DNA of 64,000 nucleotides from Octopus vulgaris (Eukaryota): NCBI GenBank assembly GCA_951406725.2, contig OX597830.1, positions 44,640,001 to 44,704,000 of the forward strand, read 5' to 3'. Shown piece by piece: positions 28,250 to 41,849 of this stretch (position 1 is its first letter; each line of letters starts with the position of its first letter). The notes under the pieces were generated by a model. It saw only the letters and a program-made list of their open reading frames with translations, ran no database searches and was not told where the DNA came from. The position numbers and the translations under genes were made by a program.

Positions 28250-29404
28250 AAAAATTATATTTTTTCACAGAAAAGAATATAGATACACTGATTCCAAAGC
28301 AGTCCTTTACAGGCGAAAAACCCTCTACGCGACGGTAAAAAGAATCACATGCAAGATGAAAGAAACTCTAACAAAATCCCTTTTGCTTACTCTCTTCTTT
28401 CTGTATTTGTTTCTCTCTTAACTCAGTATGATTGAACTTTTGGCGATCCACATATTTTATATACTTCGCCCATCATTTTCTGATATTATTGAATTTTGTG
28501 AACATTTAAACTTTAAACATATTGATCTACATTTTTTACATTCTTGACCGATCATTTTTGATACTATTGAATTTTGCGAACATTTAATCATTTAAATATG
28601 TTTTCTACTTCGCAAACAAAATAGGGCCTTGGGACCGAGGAGAGGAGGTAACGCTTAGAAAATGTCTTGAAGGATGGTGAACATAGCGACAGAAAATTTG
28701 CGACTGTTCAGCTACAGGACCAGTGTAAGAAGGGAAGAAAAGGGGTACTGACAGTTGGTCACGCGACAGCAGCAGGCAGAGGAGAAAGACTGCAGGGTGA
28801 GAGAACGACAGAGAAAAATAGGGAAGGGATGAAGGGAAAGAAGAAAGGCTGGGAATACAAGAGAGAGAAGGAGTAAGTAGAAAGTCTATAATAAATAAAT
28901 ACACACACACACATATGTGTATATCTATATATATATTAAGTATGTAAGTATGTTTTAAAATGTGTGGGCTATTTACGGAGTGCTCATAGAGAGCCTATGC
29001 GAAAAAATACAGAGTAGAGAACATTTAAAACGCAAGTCTTAGGAAGTCAAACAGATTCCCGAACGCATAAAGGAAAAATTTCAATCGAAGTTGTTGAATC
29101 ATATATACTTATACACATCAACATAAATCATGCATGTACAGGCGTGAAAATTCCCCAAGGTTATAAAGAATGAAATCAAACATACATAGAAATATAGAAG
29201 AAATATAAAACATATGTAAAAATACTTATCAAATTACATATAAATAAATTTACACGCAAAGATTTATACGTGATAAATATAGGAGGTGCAAAGTGGATGA
29301 GAGCTTGGTACATTCTGTAAGGATCAGATATCGAGATATGTAGGTATTTAGTGGGTCTTTCGATATGACAAAGAAAGTTTATCTGGAAATGTCTGTCTAC
29401 TTAC

Positions 29405-29463
29405 AAATCATCAAAAAATGTCGATGACAAAGACGGTTGAATTTGTGTTTCTGTTGTTTCAGG
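29405..29463 (-). CDS. Predicted micro-exon type A, copy 3; PETTETQIQPSLSSTFFDD(L)
   Basis: ccctctttcctctAG|59 nt|GTaagtag; frame open. Confidence 0.78.
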
Positions 29464-30303
29464 CTAGAGGAAAGAGGGAAAAACAATGTTAATTGTTGAA
29501 AGAAACGTTTGGGTTAGTATTTCTAGGTATAGAAAACAAGTTTTAAGTAAAATATAAGTTTGAAGGAGGAGGTATATAAGTAATAGTAGTAAGCAAGAGG
29601 CAAAGAATAACCACATCTAAAAGTCTAACAACTACACACGGATATAGACACAGAAAAATCCATTTACAGAAAAAAGATAAACAGTTTTATTTTCAATTTA
29701 GTTTTAGAGATTTCAACATAGTTAGCATCATTGAATTCAAAGAATGTCTGAAATCGTATTTACAACTATTTTATTTTTATGAAGTCCAGTATTTATGATT
29801 TCAGTTCAGATCCTTTTAATATCTTACTAATTTAGGCATAATTAAATAAAATCTTTAGGAAAATAATATCATCAGATGCAATATGAAACACAATTTATAT
29901 ATATATATAAATGAATTATAAAGTTCACATCCTGAAATCATCAAAAGACTCCCAAAAACCTAAAATTCAAAGAAGGAAAACAGTAAAAACATTAAATAGT
30001 TCTATAAGTTATAAAAAGTTTTTTTTAAATTATGATGAACATATAAATATCATTTAAAGTAAGTTTATTTAAGCGTGTACATATTAATTCTACATTTTCC
30101 CAATTGAAGAACGGACATATATTCTTGCGTGAGAAATGCCTAAAAAAATAAAACGATGCCAAATACGCTTTTAACAACTTCATCACCACCAGAACGCAGG
30201 TCATATTGATCCCATGTAATCTCCTCCATGTTCCGAGGTTAACATTCAGTCTCTTCTATAAAGCCAAAAGTCCTGTGATCGGTGAAACACATACACGCAC
30301 GCA

Positions 30304-30347
<44 letters not shown>

Positions 30348-30579
30348 TACGTCCGTGTGCACATATGATTGTGTGTATTATCTATGTATATATATGTATA
30401 TATACATACATACATACATACATACATACATACCCATTGACTTGCCACTGGTGCTTATAGTGTCGAATACTTTCGGTATGCAAATTAGGGACTCTTACAT
30501 AGAGTAACTGCTGCATTTGCTGAGCATATAAACAGTTAGGCTGCTTGCTTCCCTGGAGACTGTCAGAATAATGTAGACG

Positions 30580-30620
30580 CCTCTGATGAGAACGCAACAA
30601 GGGTTGAAAATCAATTAAGG
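30580..30620 (+). ncRNA. Possible minimal hammerhead ribozyme remnant (Penelope type)
   Basis: cct-CTGATGA-gaac..gtt-GAAA-atcaat-TA-agg; stems II and III are imperfect. Confidence 0.35.
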
Positions 30621-30691
30621 TTGTTCATTATTTTTTTTTCAATCTGTTGAGAAATACCTAAACTTTGCCCTGTTTATAATTATACCATATG

Positions 30692-30792
<101 letters not shown>

Positions 30793-31256
30793 ATATGGGG
30801 AAATTAGAAACTGGCTCTACTGGTTTGACTTATGATGCGATGATTCTTTCCATCTCTCATAATATGAAATATAGAAGCTGGTTTTTCTAATATCAAAAAT
30901 TGTCCCCAGTGATATTAAAATGAAAACCACTACACTGACTGTAATAATATAACAAAATGGAAGCCTGCAGTAAATATATAGAATTTAGTAGCTGGATCTA
31001 CCAAAAAGAGATAAAATAGAGTTCTACCTACTGCAAATATAGTAGATGGCTCTATCAGTCTGAAGAAAAATAGCTTGGTCTACCAGTATAAAAGATAGCA
31101 ACCAGTCGTGTCAATGTGAGAATATATATGAAATTATTCATAAACAGAATATACAGCGTTCATTTTAAGCAAAACCTTTGATGAAATTCTCAAGAAATCA
31201 TCCATCACAATTCAGAACAATTCAAGTATATTTTAAGATTTAAAAAAAAAGCTTAC

Positions 31257-31305
31257 TTGTTTGGGTTTCTGACCAGATACCTGAGCCATTTCTTGACGTT
31301 CTGGT
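31257..31305 (-). CDS. Predicted micro-exon (B-like, 49 nt, phase 2->0); (G)PERQEMAQVSGQKPKQ
   Basis: gattttgcAG|exon|GTaagc. It has exactly the phase needed to bridge 38931-38983 to 29405-29463. Nearby intron shares ctttgatgaaattc, agtagctgg and aatatagtag with the intron next to the 70-nt exons. Confidence 0.7.
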
Positions 31306-31819
31306 CTGCAAAATCAATAGATTGTAAAATTCCAGGTCAGTAAAATGAATTGTCATGATGTGCATAAAGATGAATATTTAAGTCTTTATCATTTGACTAT
31401 GAACGTCGAATAGAAAATCTGTGTTATTGCATGGAAAGAAATCGAGACAATGGAAAAGAAACTCAGCTTTAAGGAATAAAATGGCAGGTGAAAAGTTATG
31501 CACAGAAAGAATGATTCAGCTAGAGATGAAGGTTGAGAGATAAACAAAGATCAAAGGAAGCTAAGAAATTAAGAGAGAATTCAGAAAGAGGCAATTCCTC
31601 AAAGAGAAGCAAGTAGAAATATACCGAAAATGGCAGAAAAGGTGGAGAAATTAAACTTAACAGAAGCAATTGATAAACAATAAGAACAGCAGGAATTATA
31701 CCTTAGAAATTATTCTATTCTCATACACACACACACACAAACACACACACACATACACACACACACAAACACACACACATACACACACATACAAACACAC
31801 AGACAGACACAGACAGACA

Positions 31820-31905
<86 letters not shown>

Positions 31906-32179
31906 AAAAGAGGTGTTTCCATGCAGCAAAAATAAATGGGCAAATTTGTTGTATCTATATATATATAATTATTAAAAAAAAAAGACGGACTAAAAGGACA
32001 AGTAAAACAACATCGCGAGGACTTGACACATGCAAATTGTTAATAAGACACTCACAGAATGAAAGAAAGAAAGAAAGGAAGAGTGTTTTACGTTTCGGGC
32101 AAAGGTCTTTTTCAGAAATAGGAGATGGCGTAAAATTCAAGCGAAAAGGAAGACAGGGAAACTAAGGCTTGGATGTGGT

Positions 32180-33320
32180 GAATTTGTGCACTAGTTTCCC
32201 ACACCCTTATGATATAAAAGCAATCCTCTTCTGGCTAGAAAAATAGCCAGAAGAGATCCCAGGACGCATCAACCACAGCTTCATAATCCCAGCACTGAAA
32301 TTTAACCTCCAGAACAACTACTTCATGTCCGATACAGTTTACTATCAAGAAAAATGTGGAATTGCAGTGGGTCCTCGTGCTGCCCCACTGATTGCGAATT
32401 TTGTAATCTAGAAATTAAAATATACCAATTATCACAGCAAAAATATGGTACCACAAAGGAATTAGACATACGAGCCTTAAGGGAAGTTAACCGAAATACT
32501 ACACCAAATCTAAATGTACTCCTATACATCTCCACATGTAACTCCAGAAACAATGAGGCATTCAACATCATCATCCAGAATTTACCCATTCGCACTGGGG
32601 ATAAACAATGAACGAAATTTTGGACTCACACAAAATTATCAAAATTTAACCGCAAGATTATATCCCTTAACAACGGAACCAAAAGTGGAAAATGGGGGTG
32701 GCCTAAATGGGGTACATGCTTCCACCTTTTGGAGGGTACAGAATTTCACTTCAAACAAGGTGAAATATTTAAGATAAAGTCACATTTCACTTTGCCTCTG
32801 AAAACCAAATCTATGTCATTACTTGCTTAGGTTGCCAAAACCACTATATAGGACAAACACGAAGAACAACGCTTCAAAAACAACAAATCAGTTTCCCAAA
32901 GTATAGACAGATACATGTTAGTGAGCACATAGATAGATATGATAGGAATCTTAAACCAAACTTCCTAATTTTCCCTTTTTATCAATGCTCCCAGAACACC
33001 TCAGTGCAGTAAAGACTAAATAAAGAGGCAACTTTCAGTAATAAATATCAACCACAACTTAACATGAACACACAACTTAATACAGGACACTACTAACCTT
33101 ACTAATACAAGTAATCCCACTAATCTTCAAACATCTCATATACCATTCATACTCTATTAATCATATTAATCTAATTGCATCACTTTCAGAACTGCTTACC
33201 TCCCTTTCATACAGATACAGATACAGGTACTATTAGACCCAACAGCGTTTGGAAATTGGTGTTGATTCAAAGTTAGTGAACAGCGATGTCGAAACCGGTA
33301 TGACTTTCTATAATGACTCA
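32180..33320 (+). mobile_element. Degenerate Penelope-like element (RT and GIY-YIG remnants)
   Basis: Fragments LLYISTCNSRNNEAFNIIIQNLP, LLEGTEFHFKQG and NQIYVITCLGCQNHYIGQT are homologous to the ORF at 50118-51221. Hammerhead remnant gaaaccggta at ~33291. Confidence 0.8.
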
Positions 33321-33466
33321 TGGTAAGGACTTTTATACTTCTTAATTTCCCCTCAAATCATTTAATTGTATATATATATCTTTGTTCTAAGAAAAAGAAC
33401 CATTACTTTTATGCCTAGTGTGCATTTTCTTTGTTTCTTTTTCCTTTTTCCTTATATATATATATA

Positions 33467-33506
<40 letters not shown>

Positions 33507-33829
33507 GTTATTATTATTTTACCTGCTCTTCTCCCACTGTTCTATCCTATTACTCTGTTATTCTCTCCTTCCCTCTTCCTTGCTCACGTGGCTCCCGCGT
33601 GACCATCGGACATCTTTCTTATTTTCTCTCCGTTGCAGCTGGAACAAGGAAGACGTGTTCTTGCTTGTGTCATGTCCTAGCTTAATTTACGCGTTCGTCA
33701 CCACAACCTCGTTTAGGCTTAACAGCCCTTCCTGTTTCTTTTCACTGTCCTGGCTGTGTTACCTATTTTGATCCTCCGCAAAATCCCAAATTCTATTTAA
33801 TTTGCTTTGCGGGAGCAACTGTTTTATCG

Positions 33830-35080
33830 AATGCGTATATTGTTGTTTATCATTTGTAGCGTACAGTTTTAGATCAACCTAATACAAGAGTTGGTTGATT
33901 GTTTTCCGTAAAAGTTGTATCTATATCTAGTTCTATTTAGCACGTCAGATAAAGGTGTCAGTGCCAAGAAGAAAGAGTGGAAAGATCGTGTCTCCCTGGA
34001 ATATTACTGTTCTAACGGGGACGGCTCTCTTTCGATTATTGTCGTTACTTTAGTCATAGAATATTATCAAAAGCTTTTCGATAATCGATCCCAGTCATAC
34101 TTGGACCATTCTTCTCTTGTCGGCTGCCTTCAGTTATGGCTTTATTGACAGGTAGCTGATGCTTTTGCAGCACCCCTTCTTCTGTTTCAGAAACAGGTTG
34201 CTATCTTCCAGATGTTTGCCCATTCTCTGCAGTAAAGGTTTTGTAAATTGTAGCGAGACAAGTTATCGGTTTGTAATTTTGTGGGTTTCCCGTTTCAGTG
34301 GACTTGGTAATCAGGAAATGTTTCCCTTCCATGGGCCCTTCAAATATTGTCTCCGGTTCTTTTAGTATTTCATCAAATTTTCCGGGCATCGTTTTCTGTA
34401 TTCCTGTTTGATATTTCAACCAGAAATTGGAGACCTTGTAGTGCACGGTTGCCGACCTCTTCAGTTGTTATAGGAGTCCAGAGTTGTAGAGGAGCTGTTT
34501 TTGTTACTTTGAAAGACCTTTTCCTAGGTTGTTCCCTCACCGACCATATTTCTTTCCATTGATTTCTATTTTATTTTTGCCAAGTTCTAGGTAGAATCTT
34601 TTGAAATTGGAATAGAACTGTTTGTTTTGTTCAAAGAAACGTTGGCGTATCTCATACTGGCGGATTTTTGTACTTTGGCGAGGATATCTTGCTTTAGCTG
34701 TTCTTTTATCCCAGGTATACTTTGTTCTAGAATTTTCTATTTCCATAGTATTTTACTTCTGTTCTTGTTGCTTAGTAGTGTTGATTGTCTACTAATTTCC
34801 TTAAGGACTGACAGATCCTTTCTTTTATTTTATATCTTTTCTAGATATTCTTTATCCACAGGGTTTTTTTAGGTGGTAATTCTCCTGTTTGGATGGGTTT
34901 GAGAGGGTATCCAGCTTTGATATATTATAGCATTTAACCTGATCATACTGACGTTTGTTTCTGTGGGTATTAGTTCCGTGACGGCCAGTTTCCTATTATT
35001 TATTATCAATGTGGCTTTAATATCAATCTTAATTTTGGGGAGCTACAGTCAGTTATCCATACTGAGATCTGAGCCTTTCA
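33830..35080 (-). mobile_element. Dong/R4-like non-LTR retrotransposon, degenerate RT region
   Basis: QYEIRQRFFEQNKQFYSNFKRFYLEL; GKHFLITKSTETGNPQNYKPITCLATIYKTFT; WIDYRKAFD. Confidence 0.8.
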
Positions 35081-35789
35081 ATTCTTTGATTATATTCATT
35101 TTTAGTGTATCATAATCTTTAGTTTCACCTTCACTCTTTTAAGGTTTTAGATTTGTTTCGCTTTCCTTCCTGTTCATATTTTTTGTCTGTGGTGTTCTGA
35201 TTTCGTGCATATAGCTCATCATTATACATTCATATGGCCTGGGTTTGTTGCCTTTCGTTGTTTTCTTCCTTTTCGTTACGTTTGACTTCGTATCTTACAC
35301 TCCCAGTGCTTATGATATTATTTGGCATTGCTGTGTGGTCAGTATCTACGATTTCCTAATGTACACTGAATCGCAAAAGAAACGCAATCTTTTTCAAATG
35401 TCATTTTATATGCTACATATATTTCAGTGATGTAAGAGTAAATATTCCAAAACATACTGATTTATGGCTGAGACCCAAATTACAGGCAATCTTTAAACTT
35501 TCCTGAAACGGGACGCCAAAATGCAGCTGCGTTGAATGTCGTGGTAGCAGTCGCAAACAATTGAAAAGAAAACCGAAATGCACGTGCATCTCGTGGAGGT
35601 TATGGCTATAAAAATGAACTTGAACCGCATTCTTGGCATTCTAAATTTCTTCGCCTTTGGAGTAGTTCATTTCGTACGTGAGTGTGGCATTATTGGATTA
35701 TTATTGTTGGAACTCTTTCGTGCTTTTTTCTTGTTAACGCTACATTTGTTTATGTTCTGCGTTTCGCAGGCTTTTTTCAACATTATTCC

Positions 35790-36440
35790 TATCTATTATA
35801 TCAACGTCAATGTCTTTATGTGTGTTCGCGTATTACTTATATATTCAAAAACTGCTGCACCGATCATAATGAAATTTGGAACACAAAATCCAAGTCTAGG
35901 GAGAAGAGTAATGCTGTGTGTTTCATACAATTTCATGGACAAAAATTACTGAATGGATCCTTATGATATTTGAAACTTAGATTCAATGCATATGGGCGGG
36001 TATAATGCAATATGTGGTTTGAATTTCAGATGGCTTAAAGGGGGAAGAACCCCCATGAAAATTCATAAATTTTCGATGTTGATGAAATTTCAACCATGAG
36101 TAATTGACACACATCAAGAAGTATTCTCAAAGATTCCACTTCAAATGAGGATTCTAAGACACCATAATGAGGGCCTTAACTCCCAAATTTTAGTCATTTC
36201 TTTTATGATCCAAAATTAGGTCAAAAGTACTGAATGGATCTTTACGAAATTTGGGAATTATATTCTATGCATAAGGGCTATAACCCCCATGACAATTCAT
36301 ATATTTTTGCTGCTGATGAAATTTTAACCACAGATATTAGATACAAATGAAGTAATATTTATAAAATTTCATCTTCTTGCAAGTTAGAAAGACCCATTAA
36401 TGGGGACATAATACCCACAATTTAGTCATTTATCTAAGCA
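35790..36440 (+). mobile_element. Possible non-autonomous Helitron-like repeat with internal subrepeats
   Basis: Starts tctattatat..aaaactgctgcaccgatc..atgaaatttgg. Internal imperfect duplications (tactgaatggatc at ~35948 and ~36228; aacccccatga.aattcata at ~36048 and ~36281). Confidence 0.45.
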
Positions 36441-38930
36441 AAGACGAATACAGTTGTACTCTTGGAAGCTGTAGGGTCACCCGAGCATAGAAGATAAGCA
36501 GTATTTGTAATTCAATGGTACAACAGTGTATGAGTTTGCTTTAGCATACACTTAGATTGTGATTTCTGCAATGTGGTGCATAAATTGTCAAGAAAATGGG
36601 AAGCATCTTTGCTTCCGCTGATTCAGTTGCAAAGTGTTGAGTAAAGTTATTTGATTGCAGACCTCCTTTCAGTCTTTTTATTATCACTGAGTCACACATT
36701 GTCCCCAGATAGTAACATTGATTTCAAGGCATTCCCAGATGAGTGACTGGTTATTCAAAGATATTTATAGATTGTAAATTTATTCTGTCCAGTTACGTAC
36801 CAGTATAGTGGTCATTTGCAAACTCCAACTTTCATTTCTCCTTAGCCCTCACGTCACACAGTTGTTAATGTTTATTTCAGTTGGGTCACACCCTTCAAAT
36901 TACTATAGATTCGTAATGCATCTTACGGCTGTAATACTACATTGGGAATATTACATTGGGAGTGGTAACGACTGGGGTAGGGTAGCTGACTGCTTATTGT
37001 GATGATTCGTATTTTGGTTTCCTGTAGCTTTGCTCTATTTTACAAACCCAGTGAACATATATTTCCTATTTCAAAGAAATTCAAGCAATAGATATAAGAC
37101 CCAAGTTAAAAAGATTCTCAACAATTCAACTTCTCTGCTTGACATTAAGACACCCCCCACCAATAGGGGCCTTAACTCTCACATTTTAGAGCGCTCCATG
37201 ACCTCCATTTTTCAGGAGCAAAATCCATTTAACAGGTTCTATAAGACTAGAATTTTGGAATATGCGCATATAAATCAGTAGTATGGGATACATGTGGTAC
37301 GATTATAATTTTTTTAGGTTGTGTAAAGAGGGAAATAACCCTCATCTGCAATTTTGATGAAATTCGAAACATTACAGAAAATATAACAGAAAAGTCTAAT
37401 TCTTCAATTGCATGTAACACGGGCAACGTGTATATACACACAAAGATAAATTGATAGATACAACTGAGTGGGCAAACAAAAATATGAGACAGCCTAGTGC
37501 TTTTTTTATGTTGATAAGCCTGGTACTTATTCTATTAGTTTCTTCTTGGGAAACCAGTAAGTTATGGGGATGTAAATAAACGGACAGCAGTTGTGAAGCA
37601 GTGATGAGGGCGAAACACAGAAACAAAGTCACACACATACACTTACATATGTACATACATATATAAACGATTGATTTCTGTAAGTTTCTGTCTACGAAAT
37701 CCATATATATATATATAGGGAGAGTTTACAAAAAAAAAAAAAAACAAAGGACGAAGACAGGTGGTGTACAAACAAACAGATGTATTAGCATAACTCTCAG
37801 GAATAGAAAAAGTCTTTTACGTTTCGAGCCTACATTCTTCTCCAGAAAGGGATACAGAAAAAACAAGGAGAGAAAAATGTGTGTAGTGGCTAACGATCTA
37901 TCATATATGAATTTTTTGCGTAATAAGATAAAAAACCAAGGCTGCATAGATATTAGAGCATTTATAGATAGAAGGTCTTACAGCTGTTTCTAGGATATTA
38001 ATTAATAATACCCTTCGGATAGCATAAATACCACGCTTATAAACAGAATAAGATCTGGGATCGATTCATTCGACTAAAAATTTCTCAAGTCGGTGCCCCA
38101 GTAAGGCCACAGTCTTATGACTGAAATAAGTCAAAGGCAGAAGATAAAAAATATATCATATCAAGATTTCTCAAAAAATGCATTTTGAAATTCCATTTAT
38201 TATGGTGGCCATTAAATGTGCATTAAATGTGCATTCAAATGGAAAAGATGTTGCAATTATTATATAGCATAACAGATTGTAGAGTGATTTTAACTGTTTT
38301 ATGGACAGACCTAAGTTTTTTCACTTACATGGAGGTACTACATTGTGTGTATATTTATGAAAATTAGGCTTCATATGAATTTATTAAGAATTGGTAGATT
38401 TTATAACAGAAATGTAGGCATTCTTGCATCGTTCTGTCACAATAAAACACGTCAAATATCATTGAAATGACGTAATATTAAATAGCATTGTAGATAGAAA
38501 TTCACTGCCAATTAATAAAATCCGTATGTTTTATATTAATTCTTTCACTTGGTGTAGAGACTTCGTAAAACATTAATCTTATTTTGGTTATTAATGTTCT
38601 AAATTTTTCTAAGGTGACTAAGTTACCTGAACTTACAGACTGTTGTACTAAATACTTGCCAGATATCATTTCTTAACTGTCGATTCTCTTTCATTTTTCC
38701 ATCATGGAAAAATACTCAATAACATCGCTTTCCCTTTATATAAATACCAGTAATATGGTGGGGTAAATATAGTTTATTCTTTCTTTTATTATTGTTGAAA
38801 CTGTTTAAATACTAAAGGATAAAAGCAATACTTAAAATTCTCTAAGGATCAGATATGAAGAGATTTAGAGGTTTAGTGGTGTCTTTAAATATGATGAGTA
38901 AATGTAATATGGAAATGTTTGTCTACTTAC

Positions 38931-38983
38931 CCATTGGCAGAAGATGCCATTGCTACCAGCCTTCGTCCTCCACCTCTTCCAAT
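38931..38983 (-). CDS. Predicted micro-exon (type A, 53 nt, phase 0->2); IGRGGGRRLVAMASSAN(G)
   Basis: gtattattctctAG|exon|GTaagtag. Flanks 38845-38930 and 38984-39770 are clearly paralogous to those of the 59-nt exons. Confidence 0.75.
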
Positions 38984-39410
38984 CTAGAGAATAATACAAA
39001 CATGGTTAATTGCAGAAAAAGTTTTGGAGTTAGAATGTTTAGCTGTTAGTAACAAGGTTTAAACAATATGCTTATATGAAGGAGGAGCTATATAAGTAAC
39101 TGTGGTGTGCAAAAGACAAAGAATAACCACATCTAAAAATCCAACTACACACAGATATAGACTCAGAAAATATAATGGGAAAAGATATTTTTATTTTCAG
39201 TTTAGTTGTAGAAATCTGAACATAGCTATCATTGCTTTCAAATAAAGATATGAAATAGTGTTTATAATTAGTTTACTTTTATAAGGTTCAGTTTTCATGA
39301 TATCAGTGAAAATCCCTTAACATCTTATTTTAGGCATAATTTAGAAATGTTTAGGAAAATAAAATCATCAAATGTAATATGAAACACAGTTTATATAAGT
39401 ATAGATGGAT

Positions 39411-39717
39411 TATTATTTACATTATTTACATTAGTCGGATATGTGTCCTCGTATTGTTTGTTGTTGCCACAACGTTTCGGCTTATTTACTCTCCAGCCTT
39501 CATCAGGTGTTCTAGTGGAATTTTAGACCCAACCCTAAGTTCTCATTTTTAAGGTATTTGTTGGTGATGTTACTAAAATTCCACCAGGACACCTGATGAA
39601 GGCTGAGGAATAAATCAGCCGAAACGTTTTGATAACAACAAACAAGCTGAGGACATAACCGTCTAATGTAAATAATGTAAATAATGTACAGAATTCTTCG
39701 TCTCTGAAAGAGAGAAC
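39411..39717. mobile_element. Palindromic Penelope-pLTR-derived insertion with two oppositely oriented hammerhead motifs
   Basis: Arms ~39413-39523 and ~39577-39685 are inverted repeats, flanked by 16-bp direct repeats agtata(g/a)atggattat at 39398 and 39718. Absent at the paralogous site in the three young copies. Confidence 0.8.
39468..39509 (-). ncRNA. Minimal type I hammerhead ribozyme (Penelope type)
   Basis: Minus strand: cac-CTGATGA-a-ggct..agcc-GAAA-cg-TT-gtg. Mirror copy on + at ~39590-39630 has a damaged stem I. Confidence 0.6.
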
Positions 39718-39779
39718 AGTATAAATGGATTATAAAGATCACATCCGGAAATCATCAAAAAGCTCCAAACAGGCAAAGT

Positions 39780-40600
39780 AGAAGTGATAGTTATTGATAG
39801 AAAACAGCATGGAGATGGCTGAATATGATATAGAAGAGTAAGAGAGAAGACGCTTTGCAGATTGTGAAATAATACAAGGAAAGAAGAAAACAGGAGCAAC
39901 AACTGTTGAAAAGAGTTACATGGTAAGCATTTCAGACGAAGGCAGGATGTTGCAGCAGATAAATCGTGATTATGGTTGAATAATGGAGAGCTCAAAGAAC
40001 AAATAGAAGGCCTCATTGTGGTTGCTCAAATCCAGTCTTTACAAACGAATGTCATTAAAGCAAGAATAGACAGAACCATGGAAAGTGGTTAGTACAGAAT
40101 GTGTAACGAAAATGGCGAGTCAATTCTGCAGATAATAAGTACTGGAGTTCCTTTTTCACAGAAAGAGTATAAATGCAGGCACGATTACTTCAAAGAGGCT
40201 TTGGGTTAAGGGGAGAATCATCGTACCAACAACGACCAGAGTGTGATAGAGAATGAATAGTTTAAGGTATTATAGGAAAAGCTGATCCTGAAATTCAAGC
40301 AAGACGAACAGATATTATCGTGCTAGATAAGGTTTCCAAAGAGTGTGTCATCCCAGGTGTGGTTGTGTCTGAATGTACCAGTTGAAAAAAGAAAAAAAAA
40401 CGGAAAAGCAAAAAGAAAATGCCAAGATTTTCAATAATTCTGGAGGGTTTCTTCATAAGTTATCCCAGTAGTTATAGGCGCCCGAGGTACTGATACCAAT
40501 AAACTTGGTAGTTTCTTAAATAATACGAAAATTGGATTAATACAGAAATCTATTATATTAGAAAGTGCAACGATTGCTCAAAAGGTCCTCAATACTAAAT
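39780..40600 (+). mobile_element. Dong/R4-like LINE C-terminal fragment (zinc knuckle / RLE endonuclease region)
   Basis: LHGKHFRR..LNNGELKEQIEGLIVVAQIQSLQTNVIKARID..KEYKCRHD..ARRTDIIVLDK..VIPVVIGARG. A second similar 3' fragment lies at ~41130-41600. Confidence 0.72.
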
Positions 40601-41849
40601 GAACAGTTCTGACCTGATATTCAAATGCAATATATTTGTGCATACCTTTAAATAAAGATAATTGTTTCTAATACGGGCACAAGGCCTGAAATTTGGGAGA
40701 ACGGTGTAGTCAATTACATCGACCCCAGTGCTCAACTGACACTTATTTTCAACGACTCTGAAAGTATGAAAGCCAAAGTCAACCTCAGCAGAATTTGAAC
40801 ACAGAATGTAAAGATGAGTGAAATACTGCTAAGCATTTTGTCCAGCATGCTAATGACTCTGCCAGCTTGCAGCCTTAGATAATGTACTCACCAACCTACT
40901 AATTCAACATATAGCGATAATAAAAATTCTTTCTAATGTTCACACAAGACCATCAAGGAAAATAAGAGTTAGTATGATCGACTTCAGTACCTGACTTAGT
41001 ACTTTATTTTGTCAGCCCTGAAAATATGAAAGACAAAGTTGACTGTGACAAGATTTGAAATCAGAATATAAAAATTCGAAACAAAAGGGGCAAAATATTT
41101 TTTCTGACATTCTAACAATTTCATTGGTAGGAACTCTGTGGAACTCACGGCCTAAAATTAGCAAAGACGTAGTATGAGCAAATCCTAGATATAAGACTGC
41201 AAAGTCCTGTCGGATGCAATGATTCGGTGTAACCATCATATCAGACGTCAAAAACTTGACATTGTTGTCGTGAACAAAGAGGAAGAAGAAAGAAATTGAG
41301 CAACTACGAGTGTTTTGGATACACGAAAGTTGTGGGTAATGAAAAGTGTGGACGTGATACCAATAGTAATTGGCGCCCTTGGCAGTATCAACACTCAACT
41401 ACCAGCATGGTGCAAAGGGTTGCTACAAATATAAATATAAATACCCTCAAAAATCAGCACTGCTTGCAGCTCTAAGAGTTCTCCGCAGGGTTCTTGAAGC
41501 ATGATCAGTAAACTAATGTCACCAGAGTCTGCTTGCAGTGAACAGCCGACACTTTCCATCATACCCAGCAAAATAAGCTGAGAGTTTTCATCAAATAATA
41601 GGACTATTATTTGATGTAAACTCTTAAATGGAATCTTGAGGGAGCAAGCAAGTCGATAAAATCGGCCCCAGAACTCACTGGGTTCTTATTTTATTGATCC
41701 CGAAAAAGATGAAAGCAAAGTTGAACGTGGTGGTATTTGAAGCTGGAACATAAAGAGCGAGAAGAAATGCCAGTAAGGAGTAAGCGCCTGCCAGCACTCA
41801 AGCTGCCAAGCACCCTGCCTTAGTCTACGCTCCATCCAGGACTCCAGCT

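Larger units (their letters stand above)
24124..30106. repeat. Tandem segmental duplication, core copy 3
   Basis: Co-linear with copies 1 and 2. Homology stops at ..tacattttcccaattg (~30106). Private insertion at 28091-28249. Confidence 0.95.
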
